64,000 nucleotides of DNA, taken from Williopsis jadinii. Taxonomy: Eukaryota. The notes under the pieces are model-generated. The model made no database searches. It saw only the letters and a list, made by a program, of their open reading frames with translations, and was not told where the DNA came from. Positions 42,260 to 53,127 of this stretch are shown here, piece after piece. A program made the position numbers and the translations under genes. Within the stretch, counting starts at the first letter, position 1; every line of letters starts with the position of its first letter. The stretch lies in NCBI GenBank assembly GCA_024346625.1, contig AP024664.1, positions 434,001 to 498,000 of the forward strand. The letters are read 5' to 3'.

Positions 42260-44882
42260 CACTCCAGGAGCCTGAAAAGCCACCATTGAGGGATATATAT
42301 TTTGTAGTAGAGCAAGTTCCTGAGACCATCTATGTGCTTATGTACGGGTGTGTGTCCGTACCAATATGGCTTGAACTGGCCGTACTTCGCTCTCACCTCC
42401 ACCAGCTTCACCAGTGCTACCATGAGTTCCTGATCTCTATAGAGCCCGTTGAAAGGTTCCATGAGTTCTATCAGGAGTATGGTAGCACTGGTTACTGTCT
42501 CGGTGGAGGAGCAAGGTACTGGTACACTACAATGGGCCAAGCCATGGTGAATACCGCACAACTGCATCTGTACGTAATCCCTCCAGGATGGCTCGGGTTC
42601 ATATATGAAGACAATATCTAACTCTCTAACCCAGCCACATCGATAGTCCTTGGTGTCCAATTTGGGCTCAGGCTTCCATCACCAACAGCAGTCATGACAA
42701 CCACACTTGAGTTCAGAACGAGGTCTTCTAACGAAAGCTGGACAGACTTTCCTCAAACAACCTTCATCCTGAACTGATCTAATGTGATTGCCAATCTCGC
42801 AGTCGACAACTTCCCATGGACTCGCTGTAGCTACCCAAGACTTCATCTTCCATTACCAACAGCAATCATGACAACGACACTTGAGTTCAGACTGAGCTCA
42901 TCTAACGAAAGCTGGACAGACTTCCCTCAGACAACCGTCATTCTGAACTGATCTCGTGTGATTGCCAATCTCGCAGTCGACATCTGATGGACTCGCTGTA
43001 GGTACCCAAGACTTCACCTTCCATCACCAACAACAATCATGACAACCACACTTGAGTTCAGAATGAGCTCATCTAACGAAAGCTGGACAGACTTCCCTCA
43101 GACAACCGTCAATCTGAACTGATCTCGTGTGATTGACAATCTCGCAGTAGCTACCCAAGACTTCATCTTCCATCACCAACGGCAATCATGACAACCACAC
43201 TTGAGTGCAGAATGAGCTCATCTGACGAAAGCTGGACAGACTTCCCTCAGACAACCTTCATCCTGGACATACCTCGTATGGTCAACTGAACATCCAATGA
43301 TAAGATCGCATCATGAACCCGAAATCTGAGAGCAAGCGCAACTGTACTTCTTCAGCATCACAAGTTGTGTGAAACCTCAAGACGATGACATCCCAAAAGT
43401 ACCAAACCTCTATCAATATCCTTCAGCTAGGAGAGCCCTCACCATCTGTCGACCTTGTGCCTTATACATCCTGTTGTAAGTCAGTGATCTGGTAAATGCT
43501 AATCAGCCAACACAGTGACCATACAAAGCAGGTTGACCAAACTCACTTTGTTCTGCCGTTGCTCAATAGTCTTCACGTATTCCCAGTAATGATGATGTAC
43601 TAGGCAGTATACCCTAAGATGTGTCAAGGTGATAACTTTGAAGGAGGTGGACAGGCTCCAACAAGGGTCATCAGCCTTTGTTGCCATCTTTCGGGATTTG
43701 TGGGAAAGAGTGGAAAGAGTGGAAAGAATTGAAGAACAATTTTTGAGGATTCAGAGCTAGTTAAATATTCAAGACAGTGCTTTTGTGCACTTTACATTTA
43801 AGTGTGTTATCTTGGTGGTTGCTGGGGTTTTGTGAAATATGCAGCTCACTGTGCGTGCCTGAAGGCAGAATGCACGAGTTTGAGTTAAATTGTACTGGGA
43901 ATATAGCTGTTCACCATACAATCCGTCTCTCTGTGTACTGGACTATTGTCAATTTTTAGTTTACTTCATGCGTCTCATCATGCACTTCATCATGTATATC
44001 GTCTATCGTTTCCATAGTGAATAAGCCTTTGTGTGACATGCTATTGATTTGATTCGTGCAGAGAGTTTTCACATACACAGCTTAAGGTTATGCTACACAT
44101 AATCACTATGCATCTAATACACGAGCTGTTGCTTAGTGTAGACTATCGACTTCATGGTGAGATCTTCATTGTTATTGTTGAGTGACTCCGGTAAATCTCG
44201 AATCACCGCTACCTTCGCGATCAACTCGTATAATACATAAACTATCACCGGTTATGTGTCAATATTTGACCGAGAATTGTAAAAGCCAGGGGCTTTGCTG
44301 CCCATGCTGGAAAGCTTGAACATGAGTCTATAAGATGTTCAGAGTGCATCAGCCTTAGTTGAGTCCCTTCGATTATCAATTGCGTCTCGAAGTTTCTCAT
44401 GACATTCACAGAATTGGTTTTAATGCGATCAATTGAAAAAATTATTCAATAATTTTATTATTGTTTCAAAACATCATGTCATGTTCATCTGATAACAAAA
44501 TCTTCACACTAAAATTTAATTAAAAGTTGTGTAATAATTCTCTGTGTAAATTCTTATGACTTTGTAAACTTGAATTGATTATGCTAAACATGATTATGAT
44601 TAAATATAACACAGCATTGTATTATGATGATCTTATTTAACAGTAGAGCAAAGCTAGGCTTCAGAGAGATCGTTAGTAGCTAGCCTGAAACATGATTACC
44701 AATTCTAAGTTTAGCATTAGAACATGTGGTCTATAGCTATCCTTTGGAACATGGCAAAAGAGAAGACTTTGACTTCCCCAGCAAGTCTCCACAATACAAA
44801 CAAAGTCACGTATACTGCGACCTTTTGATCATATTCTTAGAAGCATGCATGGTTTAATCCACCTGCAGATCATACGAAACCA
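42260..44882 (+). repeat. Dispersed ~2.6 kb repeat, copy 2: F-box/LRR pseudogene, minisatellite and AT-rich segment
   Basis: Matches 15808-16140 at its 5' end and 12816-15728 throughout. It lacks ~80 bp that copy 1 has at ~14950-15030. Confidence 0.9.
42673..43285 (+). repeat. Tandem minisatellite with units of 174, 171 and 149 bp plus a partial unit
   Basis: CCAT(C/T)ACCAAC at 42676, 42850, 43021 and 43170. Confidence 0.9.
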
Positions 44883-45238
44883 TCATGAGTGTTCCCATTA
44901 GAACTAGCCCAAATTTCTTGTATCAGTGTATTAGTAGCACAAATCTTTGAAGTCTACAGAGACTCGCCACCTCATGATGTCATCAAAGAGAAAACAAATG
45001 ATAATTCGTTATTCATATTGCATCAAATTATGCAAGTTGTTCAGATTCTTGATGTCCGGATGTAATATGACACATACCAAGCTCGGGGAGTATGGGGACA
45101 ATGTATACATGTCACCTGTGGAGGGAAAGACCAGCTGGATGATTGTTGAGTGTTGATTACATACTCGAGAACAGTTGGTGTGATTCAAATACGCACACGG
45201 AAAGTACAGATATATCTTTTCTTCAATTAAATATTCCC

Positions 45239-46240
45239 CTAAGCCTTAACCTTTTCAGTCAATTCAGGAACAACTTCGAACAAATCACCAACGAGACCCA
45301 AGTCTGCCACGTTAAAGATTGGAGCTTCTTCATCCTTGTTGATCGCAACGATGGTCTTTGAATCCTTCATACCAGCTAAATGCTGAATTGCACCAGAGAT
45401 ACCGACAGCGATATACAAATCTGGGGCAACCACTTTACCAGTTTGTCCAACTTGAAGGGAGTTATCCACGTAACCTGCATCGACAGCAGCTCTTGTGGCA
45501 CCGACACCGGCGTGGAGGGCATCAGCCAATGGGAAGATGTATTTATCAAAGTTTTCCTTACTCTTGAGACCACGGCCACCAGACACCACGATCTTGGCAG
45601 ATGTCAACTCTGGACGCTCAGATTTCACCAAGTTTTCAGAAACCCATTCAACAGGTGATTTTTCTAAAGTTGGTGTGAACTCCTCCACTGGGTAAGATTC
45701 GGATGCTGTCAATGGCACAGCCTCAAAGGCAGTAGAACGTGTTGACAGCAGAATTTTAGCATCGTTAGATTTCACAGTAACAATGGCGTTACCTGCGTAT
45801 ATTAGTCTCTTGAAAGTTGTTGGATCTTCAACTTTGATGATATCATTAACAGGCTGAACATCCAGAAGGGCACCAACTCTTGGAAGGACGTTTTTGCCCA
45901 CCGCAGTTGCAGATGTCACGAAATGCGAATAGTCGTTGTTGGAGATCAGCTGGGAGATGGCTGGAGCGATGTACTCAGGCAGCTGGTGATCGAATTGAGA
46001 ATCCTCAGAGACCAAGATCTTCGACAGACCTTCAACCTTGTTCAACTGGGACGCAGCGGACTTTGAACCAGAGCCCAGAAGGACAGCAACCACTGGGTTG
46101 CCCAACTGCTTTGCAGCGTTCAACGCAGACAGAGAAGCCGAGGAGATCTCTGAGCCATTGGCCTCCACAAACGCCAACGTTGACCCAAATCTCTTTGCTG
46201 CAAGCGATCTGACGAACTGCGATCTTGTAACTGAGAACAT
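45239..46240 (-). CDS. AIM45: Electron transfer flavoprotein alpha subunit, mitochondrial
   Basis: [53 protein letters not shown]. Presequence starts at ATG 46240. Confidence 0.95.
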   Translation of the reverse strand: MFSVTRSQFVRSLAAKRFGSTLAFVEANGSEISSASLSALNAAKQLGNPVVAVLLGSGSKSAASQLNKVEGLSKILVSEDSQFDHQLPEYIAPAISQLISNNDYSHFVTSATAVGKNVLPRVGALLDVQPVNDIIKVEDPTTFKRLIYAGNAIVTVKSNDAKILLSTRSTAFEAVPLTASESYPVEEFTPTLEKSPVEWVSENLVKSERPELTSAKIVVSGGRGLKSKENFDKYIFPLADALHAGVGATRAAVDAGYVDNSLQVGQTGKVVAPDLYIAVGISGAIQHLAGMKDSKTIVAINKDEEAPIFNVADLGLVGDLFEVVPELTEKVKA

Positions 46241-46347
46241 TTCCTCCTTAGGGACACTCGAAAGGTGGTGATGACACTTTAAAATTGGAGACGGAGGTGT
46301 GAAACATCCATTGCAAATGGGCGAAAAGAGTGGAAAAGGAGAGAAAA

Positions 46348-46485
46348 ACTTCCGGGTGTGCACCTGTGGTGTACGGATGTACACATTCCGGGGGAGTCTG
46401 ATCACGTGACACAACCCCGGAACACCACACGACCACCCTGATTTCTCCGCAAGCATGTTTCCTGGTGTCCGGGTGTGTCGGAGAC
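46348..46485. promoter_or_regulatory. Cluster of Rap1-like sites plus a Cbf1 site in the AIM45/YFH7 divergent promoter
   Basis: TCCGGGTGTG, GGTGTACGGATGT, TCACGTGAC (46402-46410), GGTGTCCGGGTGT. Confidence 0.5.
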
Positions 46486-47113
46486 GCTCTCCCCCACCGT
46501 ATCGGATCCAGCCAGCACATTCCACCGTTCAGCAACATCAATTCAACCCAGTTCTCCCTCTAATCAGGCTGTCTCCACTGTGCTGAGACCACACTGTATA
46601 GCTGAACCATTCGTCACTAGCAAGGAGCCTCCAATTCCCCCGTATCAATTCCGAAGTTGTCGGAAGAGAAAAAATTGCGGACTCCCCCATATCGGAATTT
46701 TCCAGGCCCATCGCACTGGTTCACTATGCCCCGAAGGGAACTTTTCCCATTGCTTCTCTCTCACACGCCAGCTGATCTTATAAAAGCCTTCCTCCTGTTG
46801 CGTAGCACGGATCAGTTCGATAGAGATCCTTGTGCGTTCTTGGTGCTGTTTGCTGTTTGCTGTCCGGTGTTGAGCCCCCATACATTCGTTCTCCATCAAC
46901 TGTGTGCATCGGTTGTCTGAGAGGCTTCGGACAATATCGGCTGGCTGTTGTATACATCAACAGGTTCCACCAAACAGAGCACGCTGATACAAACAAGCAC
47001 ACGAGGCTGCCATCTCTCCTTCTGTCTCTCACCTGAGCTGTTACGGGAGACGAAAGCAAGCAACGCAGAGCGAGCAAACGAGCAAAGCTGCCTGAACCAT
47101 ATAGAAGGCATAT

Positions 47114-48217
47114 ATGTCCCGTGTGATCATGATGGAGTCCACATACCGAGATTTGGCTGAAAGGGCTTTGGCTCTTCTACAAGGCTCACAAGAGTATCGA
47201 GTGGTGATACTGCTCGTTGGTGCTCCGGGTTCTGGTAAATCTACGGTTGCTCAGAGGTGTGTTGATATTATAAACGAACTGCACAGGACAAGAGGTAAGG
47301 TGGTGATGGGGAGTGCGAACGGTGGTGGGACACAGTATCCACGGATTGAGTGTGAATCGCAGCGCATGTACGATCCATTGGCTCAGATTGACTATGAGGA
47401 CGAATGCTTCGAGCCCTCGGTAGAGATGACCACGAAAGGGTGCATCGTTAGAGGACGAGGTGGTGATGATACCGCAATAAAAGTTGAATACAACATGGAT
47501 GATGATCCTGGTGCGACTTCAAGTGATGATGCTGTGGAACTGGCACAAGTTGTACCCATGGACGGCTTCCACTTGCCTAGAAGGGTGCTGGATAGGTTCA
47601 AAGACCGGGAAAATGCATACAGGAGACGTGGGTCTCCCTTCACGTTTGATTCGTCCCTATTGGTTGAGCTCATCTCGATATTGAAACTCACATCACTGGA
47701 CATATCTTCAAGGCTATCACCTCTGGACACGCTCAATTCTCACCATGCAGTGCCGGATATCTACATACCGAGTTTTGACCATATGGAGAAGGATCCCAAG
47801 ATGTTTGGAACGTGCATCAAGTCTTCTTCGAGAATATTGATCATAGAGGGGCTATACCTTCTCTTGAATAACCCAGTTTGGGAGAAGATTCCCAAGCTGT
47901 TGGAGCCCACTGTGCAGATGCCAAACAGTTGTACCCCACAGGAGTTGAACTTTTCAGAATCGACTAATAGAATATCACAATTACCAGTGCCGGAGATGAA
48001 GAATCACGAGTTTTGGAAACTACTTATAGACGATAATAAGATCCTTTCTAGACTGGGATCCCGTCATTTAAGAGCTGGAATAGTATCCACGCTACAAGAA
48101 GGTGAAGATAGAGTTAGAGTCAATGACCTGCCTAATGGCCAGAAGGTTTATTCAGAGAGCTTCCAAAGTGATATCGATATAATTAGCATAGATGATCCAA
48201 ACGAAGTTGCTGTCTAG
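47114..48217 (+). CDS. YFH7: P-loop kinase, PRK/URK/PanK-like
   Basis: GAPGSGKST, VRGRGG, VPMDGFHL, RRGSPFTFD, PSFDH..KDP, IIEGLYLL, RHL.AGIV, NDLPNG. Confidence 0.88.
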   Translation: MSRVIMMESTYRDLAERALALLQGSQEYRVVILLVGAPGSGKSTVAQRCVDIINELHRTRGKVVMGSANGGGTQYPRIECESQRMYDPLAQIDYEDECFEPSVEMTTKGCIVRGRGGDDTAIKVEYNMDDDPGATSSDDAVELAQVVPMDGFHLPRRVLDRFKDRENAYRRRGSPFTFDSSLLVELISILKLTSLDISSRLSPLDTLNSHHAVPDIYIPSFDHMEKDPKMFGTCIKSSSRILIIEGLYLLLNNPVWEKIPKLLEPTVQMPNSCTPQELNFSESTNRISQLPVPEMKNHEFWKLLIDDNKILSRLGSRHLRAGIVSTLQEGEDRVRVNDLPNGQKVYSESFQSDIDIISIDDPNEVAV

Positions 48218-48490
48218 GATCACCGAATCCAACACTAATAGAACCACATTCAAAGCTGTAGAATTACACCCTCCTCGTGCTCACCGTGATATTTGACACC
48301 ACTTGTACTCCAGAACAGCAACTGTTGTTTCACACGACGTCGCATACTTTCAATTGAGCTCAGCACCACCGCATTGAGTTGTAGATAATGCTGCGATGTT
48401 GAATCATTCAAGCACGCTAAGGCCTCATCTTGTAGACCTCGCCAGTTGCATGGAAGCTGTTCTATGCCTTCCAACAGCTATTCAGTGCTG

Positions 48491-50446
48491 TCAAACCATG
48501 GTGTTATCAACTCGACCACGGTTCACACTGTGGAGTATCGGCTTTCGACTCTGCATTACCTTTAATCTATACTGTCTCACCTTTTCCTTTTCCCTCTTAA
48601 TATCCCTTTCAGTCTTGAAGTCGTTGATCTTCTTACGAATAATACGTTTGTATTTGGAGAATGATCGTCTGGAGAAGCTCCAGGTGATAATAATCATCAA
48701 ACCAACACTGAAGGGAGCAGCAACTTTCCAATAGTAGCTCACATTATGGTCCAAATCTCCAAAGCTCTTGAAATTCATACCGTAATAACCAGTCCAAAAA
48801 CTCAATGGCAAGAAGATGACGGTAACGAGCGACAACTTCTTCATGGCTTCGTTCGTATCTGTAGAGATTGTATTAAACATGAGCTGGATCAAGTTCTCAA
48901 CATTCGACACCATCCCTTCTATTTCATCTGTAAACATCATCGTATGATCAACTATATCAGCCAAGTACACATCACACAGTGGTGAAATGATGTAGCCTGA
49001 CTTGGAGAATGACTTCTCCAACTGCCGAATGTTAATATCCGGCGAAGACGTACTTGCCCTTGAAAGGTCTCTGAGGGAGTTAATCATTGTGGATGTTGGG
49101 AATATGGCTCTCTTCAAGCGATTCAGTTCACCACTCATGAGGTGTAACATCTGTGTATGTCTCAAATCTGGATTGGTCAGTATGTCAACTTCCAACTCTG
49201 AGAGTCTTTTCCTATACGCAGTGATGACAGGATATGTGATATCCACAATGGCATCCAGGATCGCTTCTAATAGGATAGAAACGTCACAGGACACCCTCAG
49301 GATGGTTTCGTCAGATGAGATACGAGTCAGTATGGCACTCTCAATGTCATCACCGGAGGATTCGAAAAAAGAGATGATTATACCATCCAGCATAAAGAAT
49401 GAGCATTGTTCAACGCCGACGAATAGCTTTCTATAACTCAAAGGTCTTTGGTCGTCCAGTAGCTTAGTTCGACGTTTAGAGTACTTTGTTGGATTGAAAC
49501 TATCGTTCAGCCGGCGAGGTTCATGTCTGTGAGGAATCTGTTCAGTTAATGAAATCTTAGCGTCAGACTGAGTCTCGTGATGGATATCAGGCTCGCTGGT
49601 CGTCTGTAAGTGTAAGCTGAACATACTCTTAATTCTTTCCCATTTAGAAGCTGGAACGATCAAGTCATTGCTAACTTCCACCTTCCTCACGAGCTTGATC
49701 AATGGAACCACTCCAAATATCAAACCTGGATAAAAGTCAATTTTTGTTCTCTGAGGGATATCTATCATATCTTCAATTGCTAACCTGTGCAAGTTATACT
49801 TCTGTCCCAAGGCTGCGATGGCTTCCCATGACAAGCCATTGACGTTGATCCACCGTATCTTTGACCACTGAGGCCTGCTATCCAGGCACTGCCTCAATTT
49901 GTTAACAGAGTCTTCAACTTTCGAGCTGTGCTGTTTCTGATGCTGCTCTTCACTCTTCATAGTGGATGACCCAGTGCTACCATCAGTATCGACATCTGAA
50001 CCATCTGGTGTATTTGAAAACACCTCAACATGCTCAACACGATACCGATCGTGGCTATAGTCAGTTATCGTAACAGCAGACCCAATGGATGAGATTATCA
50101 CCTCCGTGGTGTTGATATCAACGCCAGGTTCCCATGAGATTCTCTGCCTTGCTGCGCTTGCAGAATAGGACGAATCGTCATATTTCCTATCCTTTTTCTT
50201 CCTTCTGTTCCTTCTTTTCCTGTACGAGGCATGTGTTGTTGATTGATATAGCCTTGTTGGCTCTGCCCTCTGTTGATTGGACTCACTCTGCATCGGCTGT
50301 TCCTGCGACGTCGCTTCATGTGTTTCAACATCACTTAATGGATGCCCTTGCTCATCGTCAGAATACTCATCGCTTGGGTTTGTAAACAATAGATTCCTCG
50401 GTAGATCTGGCAGGTTTGGATCCCCAGAGTCATAGACGTGTACCAT
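48491..50446 (-). CDS. CorA-family Mg2+/divalent cation transporter-like protein
   Basis: RWINVNGLSW, LHRLAIEDM, YLADIVDH, NEAMKKLSLVTVIFLPLSFWTGYYGMNF (GMN motif), two C-terminal TMs. Confidence 0.88.
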   Translation of the reverse strand: MVHVYDSGDPNLPDLPRNLLFTNPSDEYSDDEQGHPLSDVETHEATSQEQPMQSESNQQRAEPTRLYQSTTHASYRKRRNRRKKKDRKYDDSSYSASAARQRISWEPGVDINTTEVIISSIGSAVTITDYSHDRYRVEHVEVFSNTPDGSDVDTDGSTGSSTMKSEEQHQKQHSSKVEDSVNKLRQCLDSRPQWSKIRWINVNGLSWEAIAALGQKYNLHRLAIEDMIDIPQRTKIDFYPGLIFGVVPLIKLVRKVEVSNDLIVPASKWERIKSMFSLHLQTTSEPDIHHETQSDAKISLTEQIPHRHEPRRLNDSFNPTKYSKRRTKLLDDQRPLSYRKLFVGVEQCSFFMLDGIIISFFESSGDDIESAILTRISSDETILRVSCDVSILLEAILDAIVDITYPVITAYRKRLSELEVDILTNPDLRHTQMLHLMSGELNRLKRAIFPTSTMINSLRDLSRASTSSPDINIRQLEKSFSKSGYIISPLCDVYLADIVDHTMMFTDEIEGMVSNVENLIQLMFNTISTDTNEAMKKLSLVTVIFLPLSFWTGYYGMNFKSFGDLDHNVSYYWKVAAPFSVGLMIIITWSFSRRSFSKYKRIIRKKINDFKTERDIKREKEKVRQYRLKVMQSRKPILHSVNRGRVDNTMV

Positions 50447-50760
50447 ATCAAATGCCGAAGCCTGCTACGCTGGAAAGGCTGTCAACAGTGTCAATCATCA
50501 AAGCTTTGACGGGTATTATCTCTTCAACAAAACTTCACCATTGCTGTGACAACACCATCTCATACCGAAAGGGTAAATTCCGACCACATTAGACCTCGGA
50601 TATACTGAAGCGTTAACCTTTTCCGATATACGTCGGAACATCGGCTTTGCTGATTGCAAGTTCAAGCTCACTTTCACCCTTTTCACGTATACTAAGCACA
50701 CTAAGAATCCAATCAATTGGTAGAGTAGATCCTCCTAATTGAACAAGCTAACCAAGAACA

Positions 50761-51852
50761 ATGTCAAAAGTCTTTCAATTCGGCCATTTACCAGTTCACT
50801 CACATTGTTTTTCCCAGGACCGCAAGACCCTTGCAATTACCAAGGAGAACACTGTTGAAGTGTACGACGTTTCCACTCCTAGTGCAAAGCTGCTGGCCAC
50901 GCTGAAGGACCACGATAAGACGGTGACTGCTGTTGACATCTCAATCCATGGACGTATCGTGACTTGTTCCCAAGACCGTAATGCCATTGTTTGGGAGCCA
51001 CTGAGCGATGGCTCATACAAGCCAACTCTGGTGTTGTTACGTATCAACAGATCGGCAACTTCTGTTAAATGGGCACCAAACGGTTACAAGTTTGCCGTTG
51101 GTTCTGGTGCGCGTGTCATTGCAGTGTGCTATTTCGAGCAAGAGAACGATTGGTGGATCTCCAAGCATATCAAGAAGCCAATTAGATCCACCATTCTGTC
51201 CATTGAATGGCATCCAAACAGTGTTTTACTGGCTGCTGGTTCCACAGATGGCCATGCCAGGGTGTTTTCAGGTTATGTCAAGGGTATCGATACCAAGCCT
51301 GAACCAACGCTATGGGGTGAAAAGTTGCCATTCAACACACTGTGTGGTGACTTTGTCAGTTCCAATGGTGGTTGGATCCATGACGTTGCCTTTAGTCCAG
51401 CCGGCGATGTGTTGGCATTTGTGTCTCATGATTCTACAGTGACAGTGGTTTACCCAGGAGGCGCCAACCAACCACCACGTTCTGCATTGAGCGTGTCTAC
51501 GTCTTATTTGCCCTTCACCTCGTGTATTTTCGCTAACGAGTCCACTGTCATTGCAGCGGGCCATAGTTGTCACCCTGTTGTGTTCCAAGGTGATGAGACC
51601 AACTGGGTCCTTTCACACGCGATTGACGACCCGGAGAAGAACAAGCAGGCGGAGGACAGCGAGACTTCAGCTCTAAACATGTTCAGACAGATGGATCTGA
51701 AGGGTACCGTTGTCGGTAAGAACGCGTCGAATTTGAAGACCATCCACCAAAACACCATCACTCAGCTGAGACCATACTCCGAGTCGAATGGTTCGTTGAC
51801 CAAGTTCTCCAGCTCCGGTATCGATGGCAGAATTGTCATTTTCTCCGCCTAG
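50761..51852 (+). CDS. ARC40: Arp2/3 complex subunit ARPC1
   Basis: HDKTVTAVDIS, TCSQDRNA, PTLVLLRINR, CYFEQENDWWISKHIKKP, IHQNTI. Confidence 0.95.
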   Translation: MSKVFQFGHLPVHSHCFSQDRKTLAITKENTVEVYDVSTPSAKLLATLKDHDKTVTAVDISIHGRIVTCSQDRNAIVWEPLSDGSYKPTLVLLRINRSATSVKWAPNGYKFAVGSGARVIAVCYFEQENDWWISKHIKKPIRSTILSIEWHPNSVLLAAGSTDGHARVFSGYVKGIDTKPEPTLWGEKLPFNTLCGDFVSSNGGWIHDVAFSPAGDVLAFVSHDSTVTVVYPGGANQPPRSALSVSTSYLPFTSCIFANESTVIAAGHSCHPVVFQGDETNWVLSHAIDDPEKNKQAEDSETSALNMFRQMDLKGTVVGKNASNLKTIHQNTITQLRPYSESNGSLTKFSSSGIDGRIVIFSA

Positions 51853-51873
51853 GTTTGCTTTTGGCTTTTTGTT

Positions 51874-52164
51874 CTATGTAAATTCCGATGTTGACGATTG
51901 CTCTTCGTCGTTACTCAACCCTTCTTGTTGTAGGAACAGTGAGTAGACGGCTCCTTTGAACAGCGTGAACACCAGTGCGATTTTCGATTCCAGCACGCGT
52001 AGGTTATCCAACAGCTGGGGAATGGGCTGTTCTACCAGGGCCGTTGTCAGCCTTGACAGGTCGTTTAGTCTCTTTGCCAGTGTTTGGTACCGTTGCAGGA
52101 TACGGGCTTCAACGTCTGTGAGCTGTGTGTTTGTAGAGAAGTCGGCGGTGAGGACTTCTGACAT
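51874..52164 (-). CDS. DAD3: DASH/Dam1 complex subunit Dad3
   Basis: LT.VE..IL.RY..LA..L...LLDNLR.LE.KI.LVFTLFKGAVYSLFLQ. Convergent with ARC40, as in S. cerevisiae. Confidence 0.88.
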   Translation of the reverse strand: MSEVLTADFSTNTQLTDVEARILQRYQTLAKRLNDLSRLTTALVEQPIPQLLDNLRVLESKIALVFTLFKGAVYSLFLQQEGLSNDEEQSSTSEFT

Positions 52165-52194
52165 TGCGGGGGTTATGAATTGGAAGTGAGCGAA

Positions 52195-52320
52195 GGTCAA
52201 CAAATGTCAACAAACGTAAACAAACGTAAACAAACGTAAACAAACGTAAACAAACGTAAACAACCACAAAACCAAAAGTAAACAAACGTAACCACAAAAA
52301 CAAAAGTAAACAACCACAAA
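52195..52320. repeat. 10-bp tandem repeat (CAAACGTAAA x5 plus variants) made of forkhead-type GTAAACA sites
   Basis: GTAAACAA at 52216, 52226, 52236, 52246, 52256, 52278 and 52306; GTCAACAA at 52196 and 52206. Confidence 0.85.
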
Positions 52321-53127
52321 ACCAAGGAAAAAAATCCACTCCAAAAACATTCTCAAAACATCCACATTCGGAAGCTACTGCAAACGGAAAGCACGCCGTT
52401 GGAACGCACAGAAAGAAACAGCCTTTGCGCCCAAGGCTCCTACTGTTCCGATGCCTCAAAAACACGGTATTGTTCCGCTTTGAGCTGTTTTAGTACACGC
52501 CGAGAGAGCACACAAAGCGACAGAAAGGACATGGTTCTCCCCTCTGTTACGCACAGTTCCATCCATTAGGCTCGTCCGGAGTAGCAACTTTGGCTCAGGC
52601 TCACGAGAGCGTGTGTGCTTGGCTGTTGAACTGGTGGAGGTGGGCAGAGTCTCCTTGTTAATAATCATACCGTTGCTGCATGTACAGCTAATTACGAGGC
52701 TATGAGTCCGTAGACGGCACAGCAGCAACGACGAGCTAAGGGTTTATAAATGAGTTGGAGAGCAAGAGAGAGTGTGTGTGTTGTGGTGCGTGATGGTCAT
52801 AGTGAAGCCTGGAGCAGTTTGAGCTGTACAGGAGGACAATGGAGCATGGTGTAAGTCCCACTGCGTGAGCCAGTAACCCATTCATTACGAAGGCTATGCA
52901 CAAGCACATGCACTGTGTGGTTTCATGCGCCGGTACAGCTGAGCAAAAGACCTCATCCCGGCTTGCTGGTAGTTGCTGTGGATTCGGTAGGGAGCCCACA
53001 GTGAGGAACACTGGCCAAACTGGGTAAATGAATTTCAGTCGTAGCCCTTCGCTGGACATCTCAGTGACGGAGCTCTTTCACTGGCGACATAGCTTTATAA
53101 CGAGCGTCGTACATCTTCTCTCTCTTT

